From assembly GCA_002269645.1 (NCBI GenBank), contig NIVC01000073.1:124001-188000 (forward strand): 64,000 nt of DNA, in the 5' to 3' direction. The first letter of the stretch is position 1. Every line of letters starts with the position of its first letter. Of this stretch, positions 52,134-64,000 are shown piece after piece. Under the pieces are notes generated by a model. The model was not told where the DNA came from. It saw only the letters and a list, made by a program, of their open reading frames with translations, and did no database searches. Source of the DNA: Macrostomum lignano (lineage: Eukaryota). The position numbers and the translations under genes were made by a program.

Positions 52134-54075
52134 GCCCCTGTCCCCTCCTAACACCCCTGTCCCTCCTAAGCACCCCCTGTCCTCTCCTAGCACCCCTGTC
52201 CCTCCTAAGCTGTCCTCTCCTAGCACCCCTGTCCTCTCCTAGCACCCCCTGTCCCCTCCTAGCACCCCCTGTCCTCTCCTAGCACCCCCTGTCCCTCCTA
52301 AGCACCCCCTGTCCCCTCCTAGCACCCCTGTCCCTCCTAAGCACCCCCTGTCCTCTCCTAGCACCCCTGTCCCTCCTAAGCACCCCCTGTCCTCTCCTAG
52401 CACCCCTGTCCCCTCCTAGCACCCCCTGTCCTCTCCTAGCACCCTCTGTCCCTCCTAAGCACCCCCTGTCCCCTCCTAGCACCCCTGTCCCCTCCTAGCA
52501 CCCCTGTCCCCTCCTAGCACCCCCTGTCCTCTCCTAGCACCCCCTGTCCCTCCTAAGCACCCCCTGTCCCCTCCTAGCACCCCCTGTCCCCTCCTAGCAC
52601 CCTGTCCTCTCCTAGCACCCCCTGTCCCCTCCTAGCACCCCTGTCCTCTCCTAGCACCCCCTGTCCCCTCCTAGCACCCCTGTCCTCTCCTAGCACCCCC
52701 TGTCCTCTCCTAGCACCCCTGTCCTCTCCTAGCACCCCCTGTCCTCTCCTAGCACCCCCTGTCCCCTCCTAGCACCCCTGTCCTCTCCTAGCACCCGTGT
52801 CCTCTCCTAGCACCCCCTGTCCTCTCCTAGCACCCCTGTCCTCTCCTAGCACCCCTGTCCCTCCTAAGCACCCCCTGTCCTCTCCTAGCACCTCTGTCCT
52901 CTCCTAGCACCCCCTGTCCTCTCCTAGCACCCCCTGTCCCCTCCTAGCACCCCTGTCCTCTCCTAGCACCCCTATCCTCTCCTAGCACCCCTGTCCTCTC
53001 CTAGCACCCCTGTCCTCTCCTAGCACCCCTGTCCTCTCCTAGCACCCCTGTCCTCTCCTAGCACCCCTGTCCCTCCTAAGCACCCCCTGTCCTCTCCTAG
53101 CACCCCTGTCCTCTCCTAGCACCCCCTGTCCTCTCCTAGCACCCCTGTCCCCTCCTAGCACCCCTGTCCTCTCCTAGCACCCCTGTCCTCTCCTAGCACC
53201 CCTGTCCTCTCCTAGCACCCCTGTCCCTCCTAAGCACCCCCTGTCCTCTCCTAGCACCCCTGTCCTCTCCTAGCACCCCCTGTCCTCTCCTAGCACCCCT
53301 GTCCTCTCCTAGCACCCCCTGTCCTCTCCTAGCACCCCCTGTCCTCTCCTAGCACCCCTGTCCTCTCCTAGCACCCCCTGTCCTCTTCTAGCACCCCTGT
53401 CCCTGTCCCTCCTAAGCACCCCTGTCCCTCCTAAGCACCCCCTGTCCCCTCCTAGCACCTTCTGTCCCCTCCTAGCACCCCTGTCCTCTCCTAGCACCCC
53501 CTGTCCTCTCCTAGCACCCCCTGTCCTCTCCTAGCACCCCCTGTCCTCTCCTAGCACCCCCTGTCCTCTCCTAGCACCCCCTGTCCTCTCCTAGCACCCT
53601 CTGTCCTCTCCTAGCACCCCTGTCCTCTCCTAGCACCCCCTGTCCTCTTCTAGCACCCCTGTCCCTGTCCCTCCTAAGCACCCCCTGTCCCTCCTAAGCA
53701 CCCCCTGTCCCCTCCTAGCACCCCTGTCCTCTCCTAGCACCCCCTGTCCTCTCCTAGCACCCCCTGTCCTCTCCTAGCACCCCCTGTCCTCTCCTAGCAC
53801 CCCCTGTCCTCTCCTAGCACCCCCTGTCCCCTCCTAGCACCCCCTGTCCTCTCCTAGCACCCCCTGTCCCTCCTAAGCACCCCCTGTCCCCTCCTAGCAC
53901 CCCCTGTCCCCTCCTAGCACCCCCTGTCCCTCCTAAGCACCCCCTGTCCCCTCCTAGCACCCCTGTCCTCTCCTAGCACCCCCTGTCCCCTCCTAGCACC
54001 CCCTGTCCCCTCCTAGCACCCCCTGTCCCCTCCTAGCACCCCCTGTCCTCTCTTAGCACCCCCTGTCTTAGCACC
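52134..54075. repeat. 20-21-bp C-rich minisatellite (cccctgtcctctcctagcac), intronic
   Basis: About 95 copies. Confidence 0.95.
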
Positions 54076-55034
54076 GCCATCACCTGACACTCCATTAGCA
54101 ATCCATTGCTAGTCTATACCAAGCGCAACACATTGAAATTCTGGTTGTAGCCCCTAGGGAAATCAAGCTAGTATTCTGTCTGTCTGCAGTCATGACTGTA
54201 TCTATATCTTGCTTAACTAAGACACGAACTACTTACTTACTACTGACGGGGGGGCGCAGACACGAACTAACTATTCTGCAGATTGCAGTGAGATATATCT
54301 TATCCAGTGAGTGAATCTGTGGTGTCCCGAATTCATTTCTTCATTGGTGACCCGAATTTCAGTCAAGGCTCACCGCTCACAAAAACACCCCTACCCTAAA
54401 CCTACCCTTACTTTACCCAGCGCCTCCGCTGAATCATATCATGAATGCTGTTGACTCATATTTTGATTATGCACTACTGACAAAGAGGGCCAGCAGTCAA
54501 GATTTACCAACTGAGTTCGGAGAATCACCGAGCTAATTTCTGGGGTAACTTGCTTTTTTATTACCACACCAACCTTCCATATTTGGTCATTTTCATCACT
54601 AAATCCAGAAAGGGCCTGTTATATTTAACTAATAATATAAAGCGACAACTTTTTATACAAAGCAAAGTATTATTATATTCATTGTTAACTCGAGTGGAAT
54701 TGAGTGGGGAGGGGGGCGGTTAGAGATCTAAGAAACAGGCCAAGGCTTGTTGTGTACTCCAAGCTCAACGAGTCGCGCGTGTTTTACTGTGCCAGTACCT
54801 GCATGTATTAATTATACTTTGTGGAAGTTGTCTCAAAATCTGTCTATATAGCCTCGTGTGCGCATTAACCCCTCGAATTACTCATAAACCGATTCAATGA
54901 GTTATGAGTTGTTCGTCTTGCGGAATTACTATTGAAGGCTAGTTTAGTTCCGATAACACTCAAATAAGTTTCATATTTAAAAAAAATTGCTTAGAGTAAA
55001 GGTTCATTCGTTTTGACCTAATATTCAAAAGTTA

Positions 55035-55580
55035 GGATTTGGGATTCAAAAGGTTTGGAATTTGAGATTTAAGGTATGTGATTCTGGACTTAAAGGTTTG
55101 AGTTTGAGACTCAAAGATTTGGGATTTGAGACTCAAAGGTTTGTGATTCGGGATGCAAAGTTTTGGGATCCGGGATTCAAAAGTTGGGATTTAGGATTTG
55201 AAGGGTTGGGATTCAAAGGGTTGGGATTTGGGATTTAAGGTGTGTAATTTTGGACTCAGATTTGAGACTCGAAGGTTTGGGATTTGAGACTCGAAGGTTT
55301 GGGATTTGAGATTCGAAGGTTTGGGATTTGAGTCTCGAAGGTTTGGGATTTGAGACTCGAAGGTTTCGGATTTGAGACTCGAAGGTTTCGGATTTGAGAC
55401 TCGAAGGTTTGGGATTTGAGACTCGAAGGTTTGGGATTTGAGACTCGAAGGTTTGGGATTTGGGGTTCAAAAGTTTGGGATTTGAGACTCAAAGGTTTGG
55501 GATTTGGGGTTTAAAGGGTTGGGATTTGGTATTCAACGGTTTTGGATTTGGGATTCAAAGTGTTGGGATTTAAGATTTTC
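55035..55580. repeat. 22-bp minisatellite (gatttgagactcgaaggtttgg), degenerate flanks
   Basis: Direct inspection. Confidence 0.9.
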
Positions 55581-55697
55581 AAATGTCGGGATCTCGGTTC
55601 TATTGCGAAGCATTTTCGAATTATTCATTAACTAACTAAGCAACTCGCTTCACCGTCCTCACAACTTTCACAGCGATCGGCCTGTGCTTAATCTTAG

Positions 55698-55874
55698 TGT
55701 GCGTCAGCCTCCTTGTTGCCAGGCAGTTGGGCAAGCAGCAGCGTCAGCGACAACGGCAGCGTCAGCGACAGCGCCGACAAAATGCGTCGTCGTCGCAACA
55801 CCAGCAGCGAGGTGATTCTGCCGCAGGCGGGCAGATAAGCCGGGTGCCGATTTGGTACATCGGCTGTCATCGAG
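55698..55874 (+). CDS. Two-TM PPxY protein, exon 2
   Basis: aatcttag|TG; phase 1 completes TM2 (LYAGLGLCLCVSLLVA), followed by a QR-rich stop-transfer segment; donor G|GTGAGC at 55875. Confidence 0.75.
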
Positions 55875-55977
55875 GTGAGCATAAGGCGGAAGTACTTGCC
55901 GCATGTCTTACTGTGGCGCATGCAGGCTTACAATTTTAGATCTTAAAAAATAACTTAATCGGGCATTTAGTCATAGG

Positions 55978-56587
55978 GCTTATGCCTCTGTGTGCTTATG
56001 CCTCTGTGTGCTTAAGCCTCTGTGTGCTTAAGCCTCTGTGTGCTTAAGCCTCTGTGTGCTTAAGCCTCTGTGTGCTTATGCCTCTGTGCGCTTATGCCTC
56101 TGTGTGCTTAAGCCTCTGTGTGCTTAAGCCTCTGTGTGCTTATGCCTCTGTGTGCTTAAGCCTCTGTGTGCTTATGCCTCTGTGTGCTTATGCCTCTGTG
56201 TGCTTATGCCTCTGTGTGCTTAAGCCTCTGTGTGCTTATGCCTCTGTGTGCTTAAGCCTCTGTGTGCTTATGCCTCTGTGTGCTTAAGCCTCTGTGTGCT
56301 TATGCCTCTGTGTGCTTAAGCCTCTGTGTGCTTATGCCTCTGTGTGCTTAAGCCTCTGTGTGCTTATGCCTCTGTGTGCTTAAGCCTCTGTGTGCTTATG
56401 CCTCTGTGTGCTTAAGCCTCTGTGTGCTTAAGCCTCTGTGTGCTTAAGCCTCTGTGCGCTTATGCCTCTGTGTGCTTAAGCCTCTGTGTGTTTAAGCCTC
56501 TGTGCGCTAATGCCTCTGTGTGTTTATGCCTCTGTGTGCTAATGCCTCTGTGTGTTTATGCCTCTGTGTGCTTATGCCTCTGTGTGT
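55978..56587. repeat. 16-bp minisatellite (gcctctgtgtgctta[a/t]), ending next to a branch point
   Basis: Direct inspection. Confidence 0.94.
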
Positions 56588-56618
56588 TTTCTAACCAATT
56601 TCCTTGACTATCCCGCAG

Positions 56619-57130
56619 ACACGGCCACCGCCTATTGCCCGCCAGTGCCGCCCAGCTACTGGGAGTCGGAGACATCTGCTTCAACACCGACCACAGCTGC
56701 TGCTGCTGCTGCTGGTGCTGCTGTCGCTTCTTCTCCTAAGGTGCCCCAGCAGCGACCGCAACAGCAACGTCAGCTGCCTCTGCCTCCGCCTCAGCAGCAA
56801 CCGCAGCATCCGTCAGCACCACCGTCGTACCAGGAGGCCCTCCGCTGTCTTGAGCAGCGGCCTCAGCAGCAGTCGCGCCTTCATCATCACAGTCAGCGGC
56901 CTTCTCGTCAACAAGCAGCCATCTCCGCAGGTCGTCAGTCGTCAGTGTTGACGCAGTCCTCCGACCAGATGTCCGTGCTCAAATGGACGGTGCAGTCGCA
57001 GTATCAGCACCAGCTGCATCATCACAGGTTGCAACAGCAGCAGCAACAGCCCAACAGCAGCTATCGAAACTATCAGAGCCAGAACTCAATGGAGTCTTCA
57101 TCATTTATAGGCGAGCCGATTTTGGTGTGA
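56619..57130 (+). CDS. Two-TM PPxY protein, exon 3 (376 aa total)
   Basis: Branch ctaac plus tcccgcag|AC; phase 1 gives Asp. Contains VPPSYW and APPSYQEAL and a Q-rich tail. Total CDS is 1131 nt, in frame. Confidence 0.78.
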
Positions 57131-58258
57131 GTTGTGAGAAACAATTGAAAAATAAACTGCATTATCAGCTATAAGCCACTGACTGCCGCCTTTGTTTTGC
57201 TCAATTTATTATGCTTGGTCAGCTTGGATAGCAACCACAGATACCAGAATAACTAGATGGGCCACTCAGCACATTTGCGTGTAAGCTACTTTCAGTTCAG
57301 TAGTAAGTTTAACAATTAAGCATTTTAATGTATTTTTAAAGCCAAGGCTCATTTATTGGCTCTTACCCCCAGCTTAAAGCATCTAACCACGCCTTTCCAC
57401 ACTGCCCCCCTCCGCCCCAGCCCCAATTTTATTGCCTTTATCGGATTCCAGCCTAAATCTGCGATGTACATTTCAGTGGACTGGCTAATGTACATTATTG
57501 CTGAGCCAATTAGCAAGTTGTTTACGCCTGCAAGCTTTGGGCTTCTAAACTTATCAAAATCATTTCAGCTGCCTTTATTTTTATAAAATAAGCTTACGCA
57601 TTCTTCCTTGCTACTGAACTGAAAGTAATGCCTGAGTGGCCCATCTAGTTATTTTAGTATCTGTGATATCAGCTGGATAACTTATCGTTGATTCTCGGAA
57701 CAATGTTTAAAGGTATACACTAAACTCAACTGACTCCGGTAATGCGATTTAAAGTTTTCTTATGGGGTTTCCAAGTTTTCTTATCTGTTTTCTATATCAG
57801 TGTACAAACTGTGTACCATAGGAATTTGTATATATAATCAATAATGCATGTATTCCTTTTTTGTTTAACGCGTTTTCGGGGTGTTCTTTTTAAGCTACAC
57901 TGCTACTTGTAAGTAATGCATAAAAATATGCAACATAATTCTGTTTTTGATTCTAAAAGGTGCTTAATACATTACTACACTTACGTCAGTTTGTAATTTT
58001 ATAAGCAACAGCTGATTTCTTTTTAATTGTAATAAATACTATCGTGTACAAATGCCAGCAACACCAGGTAATTCTTTTGTTGCATAATTTAGTAAATAGG
58101 CGATATAATTTAAATATGTTTTTATTAAAACGGACACAAACCCATGGATTAAAAACCCGCTGAAATCCAATCCCCGGAACTATTTTGCATGCACTCATTC
58201 CTGGCACAAAAATGCTGCCCTCTTGTTGATTCCCAATTGCAGCTTTTTAACTGGTGGT

Positions 58259-60569
58259 CAGGGGCGTCGCCACCGGGGGGACAAGGGGGGGGCATGTCCT
58301 CCCAGTAAAGGCTATGGGGGGGACATGCCAATGCTTCCCCCCTCACACCCAATCTTGTGACCTGTTATGGAGAACAATTATTTAGCTTCAGGGCGACAAA
58401 TAGTGCGGTGCTAAAATGAGTGCCTGCGGCGCGAAAATAAGTGCCTGTGGCGCTAAAATGAGTGCCTGCGGCGCGAAAATGAGTGCCTGTGGCGCTAAAA
58501 TAAGTGCCTGTGGCGCTAAAATGAGTGCCTGTGGCGCTAAAATAAGTGCCTGTGGCGCTAAAATGAGTGCCTGTGGCGCTAAAATAAGTGCCTGTGGCGC
58601 TAAAATGAGTGCCTGTGGCGCTAAAATAAGTGCCTGTGGCGCTAAAATGAGTGCCTGTGGCGCTAAAATGTGCCTGTGGCGCTAAAATGAGTGCCTGCGG
58701 CGCTAAAATGAGTGCCTGTGGCGCTAAAATGAGACAGGCGCGAAAATGAGTGCCTGTGGCGCTAAAATAAGTGCCTGTGGCGCTAAAATAAGTGCCTGTG
58801 GCGCTAAAATGAGTGCCTGCGGCGCGAAAATGAGTGCCTGTGGCGCTAAAATAAGTGCCTGTGGCGCTAAAATGAGTGCCTGTGGCGCTAAAATAAGTGC
58901 CTGTGGCGCTAAAATGAGTGCCTGTGGCGCTAAAATAAGTGCCTGTGGCGCGAAAATGAGTGCCTGTGGCGCTAAAATAAGTGCCTGTGGCGCTAAAATG
59001 AGTGCCTGTGGCGCTAAAATAAGTGCCTGTGGCGCTAAAATAAGTGCCTGTGGCGCTAAAATGAGTGCCTGCGGCGCTAAAATGTGCCTGTGGCGCTAAA
59101 ATGAGTGCCTGCGGCGCTAAAATAAAGTGCCTAGCTGTGGCGCTAAAATGAGTGGCTGCGGCGCTAAAATGAGTGCCTGTGGCGCTAAAATAAGTGCCTG
59201 TGGCGCTAAAATGAGTGCCTGTGGCGCTAAAATAAGTGCCTGTGGCGCTAAAATGAGTGCCTGTGGCGCTAAAATGTGCCTGTGGCGCTAAAATGAGTGC
59301 CTGCGGCGCTAAAATAAAGTGCCTAGCTGTGGCGCTAAAATGAGTGGCTGCGGCGCTAAAATGAGTGCCTGTGGCGCTAAAATAAGTGCCTGTGGCGCTA
59401 AAATAAGTGCCTGTGGCGCTAAAATGAGTGCCTGTGGCGCTAAAATGTGCCTGTGGCGCTAAAATGAGTGCCTGCGGCGCTAAAATGAGTGCCTGTGGCG
59501 CTAAAATGTGCCTGTGGCGCTAAAATGAGTGCCTGCGGCGCTAAAATGAGTGCCTGTGGCGCTAAAATGAGACAGGCGCGAAAATGAGTGCCTGTGGCGC
59601 TAAAATAAGTGCCTGTGGCGCTAAAATAAGTGCCTGTGGCGCTAAAATGAGTGCCTGCGGCGCGAAAATGAGTGCCTGTGGCGCTAAAATAAGTGCCTGT
59701 GGCGCTAAAATGAGTGCCTGTGGCGCTAAAATAAGTGCCTGTGGCGCGAAAATGAGTGCCTGTGGCGCTAAAATAAGTGCCTGTGGCGCTAAAATGAGTG
59801 CCTGTGGCGCTAAAATAAGTGCCTGTGGCGCTAAAATGAGTGCCTGTGGCGCTAAAATAAGTGCCTGTGGCGCGAAAATGAGTGCCTGTGGCGCTAAAAT
59901 AAGTGCCTGTGGCGCTAAAATGAGTGCCTGTGGCGCTAAAATAAGTGCCTGTGGCGCTAAAATAAGTGCCTGTGGCGCTAAAATGAGTGCCTGCGGCGCT
60001 AAAATGTGCCTGTGGCGCTAAAATGAGTGCCTGCGGCGCTAAAATAAAGTGCCTAGCTGTGGCGCTAAAATGAGTGGCTGCGGCGCTAAAATAAAGTGCC
60101 TAGCTGTGGCGCTAAAATGAGTGGCTGCGGCGCTAAAATGAGTGCCTGTGGCGCTAAAATGTGCCTGTGGCGCTAAAATGAGTGCCTGCGGCGCTAAAAT
60201 AAAGTGCCTAGCTGTGGCGCTAAAATGAGTGGCTGCGGCGCTAATAAAATGAGTGCCTGTGGCGCTAAAATGACTGACTGCGCTAAAATGAGTGACTGGC
60301 GCTAAAATGAGTGTCTGGCGCTAAAATGAGTGACTGGCGCTAAAATGAGTGTCTGTGGCGCTAAAATGAGTGACTGCGCTAAAATGAGTGACTGGCGCTA
60401 AAATGAGTGCCTGTGGCGCTAAAATAAGTGCCTGTGGCGCTAAAATGAGTGTCTGTGGCGCCAAAATGAGCGCTGACTACGTACACCAGGTTTGAAAAGA
60501 ATGTATGCATGTACTGGTAGAATTCTTGGCTTTTCCCCCGCCATAAAATCCATGGCAACGTCCCCGCTG
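58259..60569 (+). mobile_element. MITE (non-autonomous DNA transposon), expanded copy with an internal ~2-kb 21-bp array
   Basis: Left TIR CAGGGGCGTCGCCA, right end TGGCAACGTCCCCgCTG; both arms are homologous to the copy at 61499-61832. Confidence 0.8.
58405..60475. repeat. 21-bp minisatellite (ggcgctaaaatgagtgcctgt), about 98 copies with higher-order blocks
   Basis: Source of the (MSACGAK)n ORFs. The rare variant 'gagacaggcgcg' recurs at about 58731 and about 59569. Confidence 0.96.
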
Positions 60570-61003
60570 GTAGCCACAGATACAAAAAGATTTAAGGCGA
60601 GCACGATCTCGTCGGCTGAGGTGCCGCATTGAATGCAGACAGGCAACGTCAATCTAACTAAAGATGGGTTGGAAAACTCTGGCCTGGCCTCTGCCTCTGC
60701 CTCTATCCGTCCTTAGAGTCCGTCGAAACTTCTCATCTCTCTCCTCTCTTCTGCCTCGTCTCTCCTACAGTATCTACTCTCTCCTCTCCTATCTCTACAT
60801 TCTCTTCTCTCCCTTTCTCTTGTAGTATCTGTTTTTTATTCTCTACGCTCTCCCTTTTTCTCTCCTCTCTTAACTTCTCGCTCTCAATTTCATCTTTCAT
60901 TTCCTCTTTTCTCCCGTCTCTCCTCTCTAATCTGGCCCACAGCCGTGAGCTGGATTTAATTTCTTGATGCTTGTAATTGAAACTTAAAGCGTTGATTTCC
61001 ATT

Positions 61004-61300
61004 GGGTCGTAGCCTAGTAGTCAGAGCGTTGGACTCACGACTTGAAAGTCGGGGGTTCGATTCCCGATTCCACTGGAACAATTTGTTTCCTTGAGCAAGG
61101 CACTTTTACTTTGCTTCAGTCCACCCAGTTGTAGATGTGTGGCGACCCCCCCCCCCCAGCTCTTGGACTGAACAGCCGTACGCAGCCTTCAGACGCGCCG
61201 CGAAATAACTGCGGCTGAGGTGTCGGTTGCAAATCTGCCTATTAGGGCAGGTGTAATCAAGTATCATCATTATTATTATTACTATTATTATTAGTATTAT
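61004..61300 (+). mobile_element. tRNA-derived CORE-like SINE, copy 2
   Basis: A-box-like TAGCCTAGTAG, B-box GGTTCGATTCC (61054), CCTTGAGCAAGGCACTT...GCTTCAGTCCACCCAGTTGT, 3' body shared with copy 1, (ATC/ATT)n tail. Confidence 0.87.
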
Positions 61301-61498
61301 TAATTGCTGTCTTGAGTCTTGACTTTTTCTCATCCACTGTAATTAATCTGTTCAACACTGTAGAGTTAGGCCTTATGCAGATTGTAAGACAATGGTTCGA
61401 ATTTCTCACTAAACTGTCATAGCTATCCGTAGAAAAGGCAATAAATAAGTAATTACAAAGACAGCTCTTTTGAAGCAGAATTGTTTGTTTTGAATGCA

Positions 61499-61832
61499 CA
61501 GGCGCGTCGCCACCGGGGGGGGGGACATGTCCCACCCAGTAAAAGCTATGGGGGGACATGCCAATGCTTTGTCCCCCCCACCCCACCTTGTGACCCGTTA
61601 AGGTAATCAATAATTTTCCCTCAGGGCGCCCAAAAATAGCGCCGTACACCAAAATGAGTGCCTGCGGCACCAAAAGTAATGCAAGTGGCGCTAAAATGAG
61701 CGCCTGCGGCACCAAAATGAGTGCTGACAACACGATTCTCAAAATAATGGAATTTAGTCATGTACTGCATAGTACATGTTGAACTCTTGGCTTTGTCCCC
61801 CCCCCCACCAAAAATCCATGGCGACGCCTCTG
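61499..61832 (+). mobile_element. MITE, compact copy (334 bp)
   Basis: TIRs CAGGCGCGTCGCCA / TGGCGACGCCTCTG (12/14 match); TGCA on both flanks; only about 4 internal copies of the 21-bp unit. Confidence 0.85.
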
Positions 61833-62959
61833 TGCACTGCATGCATATTTAAGTAAGAAGCCGGTGAGGAGGACCGCGCTGCAGGCGAGACCGACGGGTC
61901 CCCCTGAGCGACATCGCTTCGACGGAAGCCATTGGTCGCCAGGGGCTAGCGAAATGAACGGTCCCCTCCGCCTCCTCGCTGCATCCGCCGGACGCCCCCT
62001 GCAGCTAAGTCAAGTCAGTCAAACAAGCTGTTGCAACCCGTGGATTTTAAACCCCCTAACCCTGGCCTTCGCCTCGCTTGGGTCCCCATGAAACTTCTCT
62101 CCTCTCTTCTCTCTCCCCTACTCTCTCATCTCTTCTCTTTCCTCTCTACTCTATCATCTCTCCTCTCTTACATGTACGAGTCAGAAAGTGGGGAGATAAG
62201 AGAGAAGCGAGAGAAGCTATGGGAGTCCATAGCGCTTAAATTTGTACACACACAGACAGAGCTTTCATTTTTATATACACAGATTAGTTCGCAATTTTAT
62301 AAAGATAATTACTGTGTTTGGTGCATAACAGAAAAGCGCTGATTTGTTATAATTAAAATAAATATTATCGCGTACAAATGCCAAGCAACAGCAGGTATAT
62401 TTTGACAGTAATAATTTAAATAAATTCAGTTAAAAGACACAGTCTTGGAGATTGCGGGTGAAACATTTATTATATAAAAATACTTGGATATAACATGCAA
62501 ATAAATTAAATAATAGATTTAACAAGCACACGTTTATACGCCGAAAATGAAGACAAAAAACCGCGACAGCAGGTAAATGCAAACACGAGTTATTTACAGA
62601 GTATTAAGCCATAAACAAGAATAAAAATGAACTGACCATCGCCTTCCATACGTAAATGCTGATTGCCTTCTGGGAAACAAAAATAAGCGCAACTCCTACT
62701 GCAAGTAGCAGCATGCGACTAAAGCACCGATATCTGATATTCATACATGGGTACAGTACAGTTCAGTAAAACAAAATATTTTAAACGCTATTTGACCGGG
62801 ACGTGCATTGGTAAGCATAAATAAAAATTGCTATGCACAAAACCGACTTTTGTGTCCGCGAGACGACACAGCTTTCATTGGATTTGGATTTGGATTGGAT
62901 TTACGAGTAGTATGCTATTTATATATACATATACACAATATTCTCACCCCCTTAAAATC

Positions 62960-63690
62960 TGACCCCTAAAAACCTGACTAAAAAAGACTCATTTGCAAAA
63001 ATCTCACCCTAAGAATCTCAAACCTTTGAATCTTACCCCTAAGAATCTCACCTCTAAGAGTCTCAAACCTAAGAATCTCAAGCCTAAGAATCTCAAGCCT
63101 AAGAATTTTTCAAACCTAAGAATCTCACCCCTAACAATCTCAAACTTTTGAATCTTGCCCCTAAGAGTCTCAAACCTAAGAATCTCACCCCTAAGAATCT
63201 CAAACTTTAGAATCTTACCCCTAAGAGTCTCAAACCTAAGAATCTCACCCCTAAGAATCTCAAACTTTAGAATCTTACCCTTAAGAATTTCAAACCTAAG
63301 AATCTTACCCCTAAGAATCTCGAACTTTAGAATCTTACCCCTAAGAATTTCAAATCTAAGAATCTCACGCCAAAGAATTTCAAACCAAAGAATCTCACTC
63401 CTAATAATCTCAAACTTTAGAATCTTACCCTAAGAATTTCACACCTAAGAGTCTCACCCCTAAGAATCTCAAACTTTAGAATCTTACCCCTAAGAATTTT
63501 AAACCTAAGAATCTCAAGCCTAAGAATCCCAAGCCTAAGAATTTTTCAAACCTAAGAATCTCACCCCTAAGAATCTCAAACTTTAGAATCTTACCCTTAA
63601 GAATTTTAAACCAAAGAATCTCACCCCTAAGAATTTCAAACCAAAGAATCTCACTCCTAACAAATTAACAATGTCACCAGAAAGAAAATT
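62960..63690. repeat. 15-bp multi-variant minisatellite (aagaatctcaaacct / aagaatctcacccct)
   Basis: Direct inspection. Confidence 0.9.
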
Positions 63691-63807
63691 TCACCCCTTA
63701 GAATCATAGCAAGCATAGTCTTAACTGATAAAATGGCCACTTTCTAAGAGCCTTATCAGACAAAATCTCACCCTGAAGGCAGGTGAGGAGAGATGCACTT
63801 TGCCCTA

Positions 63808-64000
63808 CTAATGCTGCACAAAGTGCATCCAAAAGCCCATCTTATCTTTAGCCAGAAATCCGCATTTAGCGCACTTGAACGCCAGGCCGGAGTCGACATC
63901 GTGCTGGCTCATATGCAGCCGGTGCATCTCGGCGTCCGTGAACAGCACCTGGCAATGGGCGCACCTGTACACGCCGCCGGTACTCTGCAGGTACATCAGC
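63808..64000 (-). CDS. C2H2 zinc-finger protein C-terminus, Ikaros/Hunchback-type terminal finger pair (5' partial)
   Basis: YRCAHCQVLFTDAEMHRLHMSQH...FKCAKCGFLAKDKMGFWMHFVQH* parallels Ikaros [20 protein letters not shown]..H...FECNMCG...DR..F..H. Confidence 0.8.
   Translation of the reverse strand, partial: LMYLQSTGGVYRCAHCQVLFTDAEMHRLHMSQHDVDSGLAFKCAKCGFLAKDKMGFWMHFVQH

Noticed and set aside
60705-60735. gagtccgtcgaaac, resembling the textbook hammerhead CTGATGAGTCCGTGAGGACGAAAC
   Set aside because: No CUGANGA core and no stem II partner; probably chance.
61004-61075. Functional tRNA gene
   Set aside because: The acceptor stem does not pair and the sequence continues into a SINE body and tail.
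62960-63690. Telomere-like CCCTAA within the 15-bp array
   Set aside because: The hexamer is embedded in a longer unit, is not tandem, and is followed by a gene.

Overview
Metazoan genomic DNA with spliced genes; no prokaryotic features, rRNA, true tRNA or CRISPR array were found. The very high minisatellite density and poly-Q/poly-A-rich exons resemble the flatworm Macrostomum, but that is an inference, not a database match. Genes reconstructed by hand from splice sites and reading-frame phase: the 3' five exons of an EFCAB6-like multi-EF-hand protein (+); an InaF-motif micro-membrane protein (-); two 2-exon rhodopsin-class peptide GPCRs (+); a neprilysin/M13 peptidase encoded by one 2.3-kb uninterrupted exon, whose third zinc ligand looks substituted (-); a 3-exon two-TM protein with PPxY motifs (+); and the C-terminal Ikaros/Hunchback-type zinc-finger pair of a gene that runs off the window end (-). 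Roughly 45% of the window (summed by hand) is about 29 different tandem arrays, and these explain nearly all the long low-complexity ORFs in the track. Mobile-element material: two copies of a tRNA-derived CORE-like SINE, other tRNA-head SINE fragments, a frameshifted Penelope-like GIY-YIG relic, two degenerate hammerhead-like motifs, and a MITE present both as a compact copy and as a copy whose internal 21-bp repeat has grown to about 2 kb. The best lead is that MITE pair: it suggests transposons seed the minisatellites. The other leads are the clustering of array periods at 20-23 bp, the G5A hammerhead-like motif downstream of the InaF ORF, and the possibly non-catalytic neprilysin.
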